DNA from: Octopus vulgaris
Taxonomy: Eukaryota
Length of the DNA: 64,000 nucleotides
Direction of reading: 5' to 3'
NCBI GenBank assembly: GCA_951406725.2
Contig: OX597819.1
Location: 90,148,001 to 90,212,000, forward strand
The notes beneath the pieces are model-generated. The model had not been told where the DNA came from and made no database searches. It saw only the letters and a list, made by a program, of their open reading frames with translations. Positions 1-12,914 of the stretch are shown piece after piece (positions within the stretch are counted from its first letter, which is position 1; each line of letters opens with the position of its first letter). Made by a program: the position numbers and the translations under genes.

Positions 1-878
1 TTTCTGCGTTCTACTGTAAAGTACTGGAGTAAAGGAATCGAATTTACATACGCAACATTCGTAGAATGTAAGCTAGAACTCGTGGTTGCTGAAAGTGTGT
101 GAAGAAATAACTGGTTCATGATTACGTAACCAGACAGACAGCATCACCATCAGCGTCTTACGCCAGCTTTTCAGCTTTTCTGTGTTGGCATAGTTAGGAC
201 GGGTTTTTTTTTGTTTGTTCTTTTTTTCCTGATGCAGTGTTTTTCACGGTATGATGCCCTTTCTGTCGCCAAGCCTTTTGGTCGCCACTTACGACGTTAA
301 AGGTTTCTATTCTAAAACGGGGATACATACACGATTTTAAATATACAGATATGTGTCATTATTCAATTATTGAGACACACATAAATACAGTAGTGACAGG
401 TGACAAAATAGTTTTTGTGTATATATACAGGTACTTGCCCTGGGTATGACTTTAAAGTGCATCCAGTAGTGGGATTCTGCTTCAGGAGTTTCAGGGTTTT
501 GAGGTGTGTGGAATCACTTCTTAGCCACTATCGTTTCCAGGTCTACTCTGACCTGGAGTAGTAGCACCTGTCAAGGTCTCAGCTATGATTGAATTAGCAT
601 GTTATAGAAGAAACTCCAACCACAAACCCTCACTGCCTTGTGCGTGCCTTAGGAAAGGAAAAGGCTAAGGGAGCCAACCTTGACTGCAAATCAAGAAGTG
701 GAATACCTCTGGCAGTCCAGTCCTCTCTTTGATATCTTCTCAAGTCCAGGATAGGTGGAACTCTCCCGCCCTGTAATGTAATTCACCTAGAAGAGGGTCA
801 TTCCAGTGTAAAACCTACAACTTGCTAGTTACTACAACTGTCTTGGCCCACTGAACCACTGTGGTCCAACTTCCAAGT

Positions 879-1115
879 TTAACCCTTTAGCATTTAAACC
901 AGCCATATCCAGCCAAAATATTTTACCTGTCTTATGTTCAAACTGGTCAGATCTGGCCCCTCACACCTACTCTACAATGTTATTCTAAAAATGAACAAAA
1001 TGAACTACCGCATCGTTGAAATCCTGAAGCTACAAGATATTTCATGATTAATTCAAAACAATGTGAATAAATAAGCATTACATTTACCAGAACAATCTGG
1101 CTGCTAAAGGGTTAA
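879..1115 (+). mobile_element. piggyBac-like MITE family 2, copy 1
   Basis: TTAA-CCCTTTAGCA...TGCTAAAGGG-TTAA. Confidence 0.8.
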
Positions 1116-2143
1116 AGAGTGGGACTGGATCATGCAGATCAACACTCACTTTAAAACAACTAAGCACTGGCAGAAAGAAAATCTCTGCTGCATCAAGGAT
1201 TGGTTTACTTGGCCACTTAAGAGTGTTCTGCTCTTCCTTATAATCTTCAGACACAAAGACACTGCTTTCATATATACAGGTGTGCATTTTTTTTTATTGG
1301 CCCAGAGAAGTGTGTGTGTGTGTGTGTTGATGAATGAGCCCCAAGCCAGCCAGTTGAATGGCCTTCTCTTGAATGCACTCAGGGATATTTGAGTTAATAT
1401 GCTTTTTTTGGCTTAGTCAAAGGATTGGTAATGTTCAGAAGGAAGATCTATCAAAGCTTGAGGTATACTACCGTTGATAAAATTCAAGGCTGAGAAAACT
1501 TTGTTAGCACATTGTAGTGGAGTAGTCTCATTTGACATTTCTGATCCGAGATGGTAGAAGGGTGGTCATGTAGCTAGGTGCTTTTCATGCCAGACAGAGT
1601 GCAACAATAAAGCCTTGTAAGTAGATTTGATATGTGGAAACTGAAAGAAGCCCATCATTTATATGTATATATGTCATATATACATATATGTTGGAATCAA
1701 GCATCACCATCATACAAGTGGTATTGTTTCCAGTCTTCCATAAGTCTGGCCATGGGGAAATACCACTTTGCTTAGAAACAGGCAAGGGTTGGCAACATGA
1801 AAGCATCTGGTAATAGAAAAAAATTTGCCTCAACAAATTTCATCATAGGTGCAGGAGTGGCTGTGTGTAAGTAGCTTGCTTACCAACCACATGGTTCTGG
1901 GTTCAGTCCCACTGCGTGGCACCTTGGGCAAGTGTCTTCTATTATAGCCTCAGGCCGACCAAAGCCTTGTGAGTGGATTTGTTAGATGGAAACTGAAAGA
2001 AGCCTGTCGTATATATGTATATATATATATGTGTGTGTGTATGTGTGTTTAACACTGCGATCAATTTGATTGACCAAACCCTTTTCATGATCTTGCTGGC
2101 TTTCAGCCAAAACTTGAAACCAATATATATACATATATACATG

Positions 2144-2183
<40 letters not shown>

Positions 2184-2254
2184 GACACATTCATATATAC
2201 ATGCATACGTATATTTATATGCACACACAAATTCATTCATATATCTATGCATGC

Positions 2255-2483
2255 TTAATCCTTTTGTTACTGTATTTATTTTGAGATGCTCTGTGTTTCT
2301 TTCAATTACTTTAAATATAACAAAGAATTTAGTAAAATAACTTAGTTATCATTCAGCTAGTGTTAGGAACATAAATTGTGACTAAGGTTTGGTGGAAGAT
2401 TTAAATTCAAAACTTATGAAAACAAGACATTTCTACTACAGAGCCTGAGCTGGTTTCAGCTGGGTTGGTAACAAAAGGGTTAA
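2255..2483 (+). mobile_element. piggyBac-like MITE family 1, copy 1
   Basis: TTAA-flanked, TIR (C/T)CCTTTTGTTAC..GTAAC(A/G)AAAGGG. Near-identical to 6642-6870 and to the inverted copy at 33811-34038. Confidence 0.85.
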
Positions 2484-2500
2484 ACATATCTATATTTATC

Positions 2501-2537
<37 letters not shown>

Positions 2538-5500
2538 AACATGCATAAAAATAAATAGATATATATTTTTTTATTATTTTTTTTTAATACTGTGTCATTA
2601 GTGTGAAGCTTCCATCTTTAATTTGCAGCATGATAATTGGAAAGTGGAATACTAATGATGGAGGAGTAAGTAAAATACTAATGATCACAGACAGTATGAC
2701 AAGGATTGGCAAAGTCAGCTAAAGTGGCTTATGTGTACGAATAATAATATTGCAGTATACAAATGCTGTAACTGTGTACTAACTGTCACATTTAGATCTG
2801 CTCTAACCTATTAAACACAAAAAATATGCTAATAATTATATAAACATAAATCTAATTATAAACATATTTATGAAAGCAAATACTAAAAACACAGATGTTA
2901 GGAAAATATGAAATGAAATATACGTGTTGGGTGTGTGGTAAGAAGTCTGCTTCCCAACCACATGGTTCCTGATTCAGTCCTACTGTGTGGCACCTTGGGC
3001 AAGTGTCTTCTACTCTAGCCTTTGACTGGCCAAAGCCTTGTGGATGGATTTGGTAGACAGAGACTGAAAACAGCTTTGTCGTGTGTATGTATTTGTGTCA
3101 TCATGTCTGTGTTTGTCGCTCACCCCTGCTTGATAAATGGTGTTGGTGTGTTTACATCCCCATGACTTAGCAGTTCAACCAAAAAAAAATCTAACTACTG
3201 GGGTTGATCCTTTTGACTAAAAATTCTTCAAGGTGGTTCCCCCCAGCATGGCCACAGTCTAAGGACTTTGAAAGAAGCCCATCAAATGATATAAAAGAGG
3301 AAAGCAGCATATAACTACAATGCCCAATTGGTAAATCACCAAAGTAATCTAATAACAGGTAACCACTGGCTATATTTCTCAGCTTGAATAATTATCAAAA
3401 GGCATAAATAATCAACCTTTACCAGAAAGTTTAGAAAAACAAATTTATTTGAAGCCAGAAGAAAGAAATCTTATCTTGTTTGTTATATTATGCTTGTTTC
3501 AGTCATTGGGTTGCAACCATACTGGGGCATCACATTGAAAGGTTTAGTCAAACAAATCGATTCTTATAATCATTTTTTAAAGTTTGGTACATATTACATT
3601 GGTCACTTTTGCTGAACTGCTTAGTTATGGGGATATAAACCAACACAGGTTGTCAGGCAACAGGGGCAGAGACAAATGCAAGCACACACACACATATATA
3701 TACAGTAGGTTTTCATGCAGTTTCCATCTACCAAATTCACTCACAAGGCAGCATTGATTGACTTGGGGCTATAGTCAAAGTCACTTGCTTGGGGTGCCAT
3801 GCGGTGGGATTGAACCTAAAACCACATAGACGCAAACCAAACATCTTAGCCACACAGTCAAGCCTGCCTGTGTTGACTTTTCTAGCATACGACTAGTGCT
3901 TCAGCTTCAAAGTCTGTTATAGTATTATCTGATGGTTTGAGAGCTAGTGTAAAGAGATGACAACTAAATGTTAGTATCAGAACATGAAAGGCGCAATAGC
4001 TACAAGGAATACGAGATAGCTTGAGGAAAGCTTCAAAGATGTCTTTCATCTGGGAAAAATGGTTAGCTCGATCAGAAACAACAATCTTAATTAAGGCAGG
4101 AAAATGCCACAGCATTCTGAAGCATATATTTATGTTCTTCATTTTTTGTTTTTGAGGTTGAACATGGTTTAGCATTTCGTGGATCGTCATTTCAAATTAG
4201 TTGAATAATGATTACTTCTTAGCTTTGATAGAAATATTAATATGGTATTCTGTCCCTTTATAACATTTCTGCATTTCTACCAGAAAAAAGTGAATGCCTT
4301 CGAGTTCTCTACTCATATTGTATGTCAGAAAATTTTTCTCAGAATATGCTAGCCTTGTGAAACAACATATTTTGCTTGAAACAAGTTTTTTGGAACATTT
4401 CTTAGTTATTATTGATGCAGCCCACCAAATTCCTCCCACACTGAGCAAACAGCATTTCTATTGAGACATGTTAATAAATCTTCCTTGTACCTTAAACCTA
4501 CTGTCTTTTAAAATAAGTTCATAGATTGCAATATGATGGGGTTATCAGGTTGATGACCCACGTTAAAATTAATAACAAAGTAAGAATAAACGATATTCTA
4601 AAAAAGATATAACATTGATAAGTTCTCCCCAGCTGTGTGGTAAGATGCTTGCTTCCCAACCACATAGTTCTGAGTTCATTCCCTCTGGATGGCACTTTAG
4701 GCAAGTGTCTTCTACTATAGCCTCAGGCCAACCAAAGCCTTGTGAATGGATTTGGTAGACAAAAAGTATGTATGTGTGCGTTTGTGTGTCTGTGTCTGTG
4801 TTTATCCCCCCCTACCACCACCACCACCACTTGACAACCAGTGCTGGTGTGTTTACATCTCTGCAACTTAGCAGTTCAGCAAAAGAAACCAGTAGAATAA
4901 GTACCAGGCTTAATAAGTACTGGGGTCAATACATTTGACTAAAAGTTCTTCAAGGAGTGCCCCAGTATGGCCACAGTCTAATGACTGAAACAAATATAAG
5001 AAAAATAATCCATCTTATTATTTCTTCTTTTAATTGAATTATATCATGATGATGTCATTAACCTCTTTGTTCCAGCTCAGTTAATCATGGACATCTTGGA
5101 AGAGGCTTCCATTCCTCTGAATGACTCATAGAGCACAGACATATGGCAGCAGTGTTAAAATGGCTGGAAAGAGCAATGATGCCCAAATGAAAATATTAGA
5201 ACATGTGGCTACCACATGGCTTTTCACTATGTAGTAGCCACACACTGAGTTTGTATCCAAATGATGCAACTTACTACATTCTAGAAGCCAAAACATAATG
5301 TGGGACAGCTTGAATTATTTCTTGCTCTAAATGATGGGAAATAATTAAAAATCATATAAGTGTGTGTGTGTGTGTCATTGTTCAGTTTTATTTCAAGATT
5401 TCAAGCCAATAGAGAAGGAGCCAGTTTCTAACCTAGATCGAAGGCTCCTTCATTGGAATTTTAACATCAACAGCAGGGTATTTCTGTTTGTATGTATATG

Positions 5501-5699
5501 TGCAGATTTGTATGCTTTGTTTTATGTATATATTCTCATGCATATAGTTACATATCTAGACATTCTCATATATATTTAAATGATAAATTTCTGTAAAGTT
5601 TTACAGATTTTCACAATTCCAGTGATGGATTAGATCTGTAGTCTTCGAATTAGCTTTCTCCTTGTATGTATGTATGTATGATGATTTATTTTTTTACAT

Positions 5700-5795
5700 G
5701 ATTTTTTGCGATGAATATGATCCTCATTGGGATATGACTCTGGAGGAAGCAATTGCAACAAATTCTCCAAAACAAGTCAGGGATCTGTTTGCAGA
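5700..5795 (+). mobile_element. Short Helitron RepHel-like fragment
   Basis: DPHWDMTLEEA....SPKQVRDLFA resembles the Helitron D..W..TL.EA....P.QLR.LFA motif. Confidence 0.5.
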
Positions 5796-5879
5796 TCTCC
5801 CCATTCATACCTTGTTACAGTGTGGACTGGGTTTCCCATTGACAGGCCCTTAATATTAAATAAAGTATCAGCATATCTA

Positions 5880-6950
5880 AAAATTTTGTTTGTGTTTTAA
5901 TGTTAGCTGCTTGCTATAAAGTGTCGGCTCCAATAGATAATTGCAACAACACCATTCAAGTCAGAGATGCCACATTGATTGTGGAAGTTTCCAACTCTAG
6001 AACTCTCTTTGAATATTTGATGAAATTACTAACAAAAATTACTAAACAACTGCAAAATCATCTGGAATAAAGCCAAAGAGCTGGTATCAGTTGCAACGAA
6101 AATCAAACACTCCCATGGGCGTGGAGATGTGAGTTAAAAGAGAAAAAGCTTGTAGATTGACATAACACTTCATACCAACCTGGCAAAATTGAATGACGCA
6201 GATGATTATCAGTAAAAAACAAAAAAATGTACTTCAGAAAAACTGTGTTTTTATGTTCTGATAATTTTGTTGCAGGATTAATTACATTTTAATGTTACTG
6301 AGCAGGTGACTGAAAATTTCCATTCCATGTGGAAATATTACACAGTTAATGAAAATGAGAGACATTCAGTAACAGTACTATAGAGTAAAGATTATTTTCT
6401 AACATGATGTGGCAGTCCTGGTTAGGCCAAATGTTACTGTTATTTAGCCCCCAGAAAGCATCATCTCCAGCTGGTCATACGGCACACTATCAGTGACTTT
6501 GTAATAGAATTTCAGCATTTTTAACATTTACAATTAGTACTTAAAGCAAATTTTGGTAAACCAGTACAGAAACTATTAGAATTTCTAAATTTGTTAACTA
6601 ATTCCAAACTTTGTGATATATTTTCAAATGTTTGTGTTACTTTAACCCTTTTGTTACTGTATTTATTTTGAGATGCTCTGTGTTTCTTTCATTTACTTTA
6701 AATACAACAAAGAATTTAGTAAAATAACTTAGTTATCATTCAGCTAGTGTTAGGAACATAAATTGTGATTAAGGTTTGGTAGAAGATTTTAATTCAAAAC
6801 TTAATGAAAACAAAACATTTGTACTCAGAGCCAGAGCCAGTTTCAGCCGGGTTGGTAACGAAAGGGTTAAGCATGTTGTTGACAATTCCTGTTACAACTA
6901 GAAAGAAATAGCACCAGTGGAATCATCTTTTAACAAAATCAAACACATCA
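5880..6950 (+). mobile_element. Decayed hAT transposase remnant, split by a MITE
   Basis: YKV..PID.CN.TIQ.RDATL.VEVSN and FRKTVF, then the dimerisation-domain trace LTIPVT...ESSFNKIKHIK after the MITE at 6642-6870. Confidence 0.6.
6642..6870 (+). mobile_element. piggyBac-like MITE family 1, copy 2
   Basis: TTAA-CCCTTTTGTTAC...GTAACGAAAGGG-TTAA. Confidence 0.85.
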
Positions 6951-7150
6951 AGCACATAGGAATTCAGAAACTTTAAGAATGTGAAATAATTCTTTTAGGA
7001 ATGGTGAAACTTAAACCAAATAAAGTTGTAAATAACAGTGTGTAAATATTAGAAAATCCCTTTGCCTAGAAAGTCATGGTTAGCCTTCAATTTTTTCCAC
7101 CCAAAGATTTTTTAACGCAATATTTGCATGCTATTATTTATAGCTTTGTT

Positions 7151-7366
7151 TAAGGCAGCGAGCTGGCAGAATCATTAGCATGCTGGGCAAAATGCTTAGC
7201 AGCATTTCAACCTTCTTTATGTTCTGAGTTCAAATTCCACCAAAGTCATCTTTGCCTTTCATCCTTTCAGGGTTGATAAATTAAGTACCAGTGAAACACT
7301 GGGGTTGATGTAATCAACTAGTCCCCCTCCCAACAAAATTTCAAGCCTTGTGCCCTTAGTAGAAGG
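7151..7366 (+). mobile_element. SINE family B copy (others near 22105, 37985 on -, and 49042)
   Basis: Family consensus, with TSD ATTATTTATAG(C/T)TTTGTTT. Confidence 0.8.
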
Positions 7367-8189
7367 AATTATTTATAGTTTTGTTTGCTTTGAAATTCAC
7401 CATTCCTAAAAAGAATTACTTCACTTTCTTGAAGTTTATAAATCTTCATCACACCAAAAACACATAATTCTTGCTGGTTAGAGGAAAGCTTTTAAAAATT
7501 CAAAGGATTACTTTGGTTTAATGGTAGATAACCTGTTATGCTATTCAAAGAGATTTAAACCCAATATTTACACACTATTATTTATAGCTGGTTTTGCTTA
7601 AAAATTTTACCATTCCTAAAAAGAATTATATCAAACACATTTTAAGGTCTACCATGTCTCAAAACTTGATTGTTAATTTAGTAAGACCAAGTATTGAATC
7701 AAGTGTTACCACGGAAATTGATTTATTGATAGTGTTGTTAAAAATTTAACAAATAAAAAAGCCAGGAAAACTTCCATTAGCTAATTGGGATTACCGTTGC
7801 TTTATGCAAAATATATTATCTGCTTATTGTGGTGCACAGGGAATAAAGCATTTATGAGAGTTTATCAATGTTCCTGTTCATATAGCTGTGATTAACCATC
7901 ACGTTCAGTTATGCTCTTATAACCATACACTATAAGTGGTCTACATTGTTCTTATTTTATTATAATCATGCTTATCTACCAAGAAGTGGGGGGGGAAAAT
8001 GACAACTTTAAAATTTCATGTCAGACCATTATCTTTATTGGAAATACTTAACTAATGATTAAAAGTCCATGGACTTAAAAGTTTGTGAGGAGCTTGCATG
8101 GAATCAACTGGTTTTAAACCAGTTTCATTCCACTTTGCAGCATTTCTCTTAGTGGTTCTGTACACATGCATAGATGCATGTACACACAC

Positions 8190-8227
<38 letters not shown>

Positions 8228-8233
8228 TTTATT

Positions 8234-8395
8234 TAAAAGCAGCAGAAATTCAACAAAACCTGTTACTCAGAGTTTCATGTTCCCATTCGTCGGACAGTTT
8301 TTGTTAAAACAAAAACTGATTTTAACAAAAACTGTCCGACGAACGGGAACATGAAACTCCGAGTAACAGGTTTTGTTGAATTTCTGCTGCTTTTA
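8234..8395. repeat. 76-bp near-perfect inverted repeat with a minimal hammerhead-like motif in each arm
   Basis: Arms 8234-8309 and 8320-8395 differ at 2 positions around a 10-nt loop. Motif: CTGT-CCGACGA-A(C/T)GGGAACAT-GAAA-CTC(C/T)GAG-TA-ACAG. Confidence 0.85.
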
Positions 8396-11300
8396 CTCCA
8401 CCCCCGGTATTTGAGTACTCTTTTTTCCACCTTGTTTCACATTTATTTGTTTACTCTGGTATATATATATACATACTTTCTACTTTACTTTCTTTTACTC
8501 GTTTCAATCATTAGACTGTGGCCATGCTGGAGCACCACCTTGAAGAACTTTTAGTCGAATGAATCAAACCCAGTACTTTTTTTGTTTCAAGCCTGGTACC
8601 TGTTCTACTTACCACACAGCCACTCCTGCGCCATTATAAATATACAATAAAGTTTATTTTCTAAACATTGAGTGGCTATGAGCATCCATCCAAGTAAAAT
8701 AGGAACCAAAAGGGTCCATAGTTAAAAATTGATTAAGAACCACTGGTTTAGACCCAAGCTAGCTTTGACCTAGTAGACCTCTGATCAAGCTCTACACCTG
8801 CACCCAGCCTGTCTCTACACTGAATCTGCCCTCATCAAACATTCCCTATATCTCATCTTCTTAACACTTATCCCTCCATCACTTTTCTAGTTACAGCACT
8901 ACTCAACAGTTATAAATCAACACGTAATTCCCCCCACTTTTGCACTTCCAGTTACTCCACTTCTCCCCCTAGAATCGCTTCCCCTTAACATCCATTTCTC
9001 ATTGTCATTTCTTTCCTACCCACAACCCCTTTCTGTGCCTTCAATTATCTCTCCATCTCCTCTGAGCTACATCTCCTCTGGGCTACACCTTTAAAACCTC
9101 TCATACCTGCTGTCATTCTCAACACCTTCTCATAACCATCACTCCCTTGTCCCCTCTCATACACCCTCTCATATCCATCATCCCTCCTTTGTCTCACACT
9201 CACTATAGCTCTCCTTAAATACCTCTTAACTCCATCTCTATACATCTTCCTCTCCACCCCTCTTCTCACACCCTGCATATCATCTCCCTTCTTCATCTCT
9301 CTACCGTTTTATGACACTGCTGCTTTTGGCTTCCTTGTACTGCTACTAGTCACCTCCTTCCTGAAACATTTCTATCTCTTTCACCTCTCCATACTGATAT
9401 TTACTATCACTTACACCTTCCCCCTAGTTCATCATTCATTACAATCAGCTTTTTCCCCATTGCTAACCATCTACCCCTCTCCACTCATACTCTTATGGAC
9501 CTACCCTCTCTCTCCAATCTTCTCTCTGTATTCTCTTGGTTTCTCATCACCTCATCACCACCATCTCTTTCTTTTTTTTGGAAAGATACCTGTACTTGTT
9601 CCTCTGTCATACTTTAGCTTTTCAACACATGGCATAAATCTACCTCCCACTCTCCCAAAATCACTCCCATTCAGTTGGGGAGGATTTTTTTTTTCTTTGT
9701 TTTGAAAGTTACTTGACCCCTCTAGTGTTGGTGTCATAAAACAAACACTCAGTACACTCTGTAAAGTGGTTGGCATCAGGAAGAGCATCCAGCTGTGGAA
9801 ACCCTGACATAGCTAACATGGAAGCTCAACAAATTGTGGTTCATTGGATCCTGTCAAACCGTTTAATGCATGCCAACATGGAAAACAGGTGTTAAATGAT
9901 GATGATGATGATGATGATACTGGTAATGGTGGTAGTATGTGTATATGTGTGTGGGAAGAAAGAAAGAGGAAGAGATTTATTACATTAGAATTAATATGGA
10001 CATGTGTGCCAGCAATTGAAAATGTAATGAATGTAAATGATTAAAAAAAAAATCACTTTATAAAGCTGTTAACTGCACGATTTTAGTGAATGTATATATG
10101 TTATATATATGAATGTTTTCTTGATAAATTTCTCATCTATTTTTAGCTCTTACATCAATCTAAAATTGTTGATCTAATTGTACTTTCCATAAATAATTTA
10201 TTACTTTTTTTCTTCTGAAACACATGCTTTTACATTTGGTTTCTCTAGTTTGTGTCTGTGCATGAGTGTATGTGTCTGTGTGTTCGTGTGTGTGTGTGTG
10301 AGCTTTGTGGTTGTCTTGATGCGTGGGTGTCTTTGTTGTGTGCATGTATTGTAGTGTTTATGAATTTTTGATTGTGTTTTTGTTTTTGCTTGTATGTGTG
10401 TGAGTGTCTGAACGTGTTTCTTTGCATATGTTTCCGTGTGCATCTTAACACATACACGTGTGTACGTGTGTGTGAGAGAGAGAGAATAAATGAATGAATG
10501 AATGTTTTAGGGCAACTATGCTCATGTGACAGTAGTAATTGTGAAAGGGAGTCATTAAAAGTGAGAGTGAGTAATGAGAATGAACAGATTATGTGTTTAT
10601 GAAAAGCGGGGAACCACATAAAATAAATTTCCAAGTGGCTGAGTTGTTGCTAGAATTGTCTGAGTCGTTGTCACTTTCTACAATTGGATGTTCCTCCTTA
10701 TTACGAACAGAGACATTATTCTGATTAACAGTCTTTCAGCAATTATATAGAGTGAGATTGATCAAACAATGTGTTGCTTTACAAGGAACTATTCAGTGAG
10801 TGCAACATGGCATGGAACTTGTGATGTGCTCATTTGTATTTAAACCCTTTAACTAGGGAAATTTTTCTTGGCTTCTCAAACTTTCAGTTTGTAGCACATT
10901 ACCAGCATTATGCATCCCTCTTTCTTTGTCTTTTTTTTTCCACTATTAAATATAACATCTTCAGAAATTGCAAAAGAAAACTCAATTTAAATTGAATTCA
11001 TCTCTCAACATCTGCCTCTCATCAGTTATGTTTCTGACCCTTGACTTTTGAAATTAACATTCCATGTCATACTTCATTCGTTCCAAAGACTTGTTGTCTG
11101 AAAGTTTATTCTTGTTTTCATATCTGTTGCTTGCAATTATAGCTCATTTCAAGCCCCTAACTTGCTGCAAACATACTTTTATATGAGCTCATCTGCATGG
11201 TACCCTAGGTCAAACAATGTCTTGTGAGTGAATTTGGTAAATAGAAAGTGTGTGGAAACCTGTCATAATACTATATATGTGTGAGTGTGTCTTTACATTT

Positions 11301-12392
11301 GCTCCCCCCACACACACACTCCACTGCTTGACAACCAGTGTTGGTTTGTTCATGTCCTCATAACTGAGCTGTTCCACAAAAGAGATTGATAGAATAACTA
11401 CCAGACTTAAAAAATGACAGGTCCTGGGATTGATCTGTTTGACTAAACCTTTCAAAAAAAGCAGTGCCCTGGCATATCTGCAGTCCAATGACTGAAACCA
11501 GTAAAAAATAAAAACTATTTCAATAACAGGATTATTTTAAAAAATACTAAATTTCAACAAGCCAAGCTTAAGTAGTCTGTGAACATTGTTCTAGATCAAT
11601 TTTCTCTTTTACAGTTATATTTGATGTTTATAAGTAGCTGTCTTAAAGAAACTTTCTTGAGTTGTCAAAAAGAAAACAAACTGCTTATGTGGCAGTATTG
11701 GCTAGGTGAGTGAGCAGATTCTAATTTAGATAATGAATAATCTGCTGCCTAAATCCATGTTTCATTCTTAACACCTGACTTAAAATAAGAATTAAATTTT
11801 GTTTTGTTCCATTTGGAGTGACATTTATAGACACAAAATTAGAAAAATGTTAGTTAAGCAGAAAAGTATTGATTAGCAACTAAAGAGTTTGGTTTTACTT
11901 TTGTTTTTGTTTTTTGTCTTGTTTTTTTTCTTTGTTTTTTGTTTTTTTTTATTTCAACAAATTTAGAATGAGTTGGAGGAAAATTGTGTTTTGAGTTACA
12001 GACTATTTTTGAAAAAAATTAAAAAGCCAACACGAGAATTGTTACATGCAAGAAATAGCTACCGAATTCTCACCTTACGATCTTAAAAATGAACACATTA
12101 GTTTGTGCAGACCTTGTCACACTATGTCTCAAAGGAAGTCAGGATGGTTCGAATAATAAAACATGGAAGAATATATTCTCTGTATATGTGTGTGTGCAAT
12201 GATTTGGTAAATGGTGAGGATTTTACAATTCTTTAAATAATATTTTATATGCTTAAAGCTGATAAGCAAATACTGTGTATTGACTAATGAAAATAGTCTA
12301 ATATTGGGGCTCTGTCAAGAGCTTATATGCCCTAATATTGGATTATTTCTCTTAGTGGTTTTCGCTTATAAGCTTTAAGCTTATAAAATATT

Positions 12393-12432
<40 letters not shown>

Positions 12433-12805
12433 TGCATGTGGTTGTTAGGTTAATAAGCTCGTTTTGCAGCTATTTGGGTTCAGTTACTTGGGTAATTAAC
12501 TTCTACTATAGTCAGGGGCTGACCAATGCCTTGTGAGTGAATTTGGTTGATAGAGACCATGTGGATGCCCATTGTGTATGTGTGTGTGTACATGTGTGTA
12601 TGTGTGCGTTTGTCACCCCTTTTCCCATCACTTGACAAATGGTGTTGGTTTGTTTAGTCTTCATAACTTATCAGTTTGGCAAAAGAAGTCAACAGAATAA
12701 GTACTAAGTACTAACTAAAAAATAACAAAAGTACTTGGGCCGATTTATTCAACTAAAACCCTTCAAGGCAGTGCTTAAGCAGAGTTGCACTCCAGTGACT
12801 AAAAC

Positions 12806-12851
<46 letters not shown>

Positions 12852-12880
12852 CTTTTATTAAAGCTGCAAAATTATCACAT

Positions 12881-12911
<31 letters not shown>

Positions 12912-12914
12912 ATG

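Noticed and set aside
430-870. GC-richer segment resembling a SINE or LINE 5' region
   Set aside because: Single copy in the window with no diagnostic termini, so I cannot classify it without a repeat library.
3882-4400. ORF with NINICFRML..FSQMK resembling a hAT dimerisation domain
   Set aside because: Too degraded to call; possibly an old hAT remnant.
5968-6000. ATLIVEVSNSR resembling the copine first-exon end (VEVSVSCR)
   Set aside because: No GT donor follows, and the surrounding peptide fits a hAT transposase.
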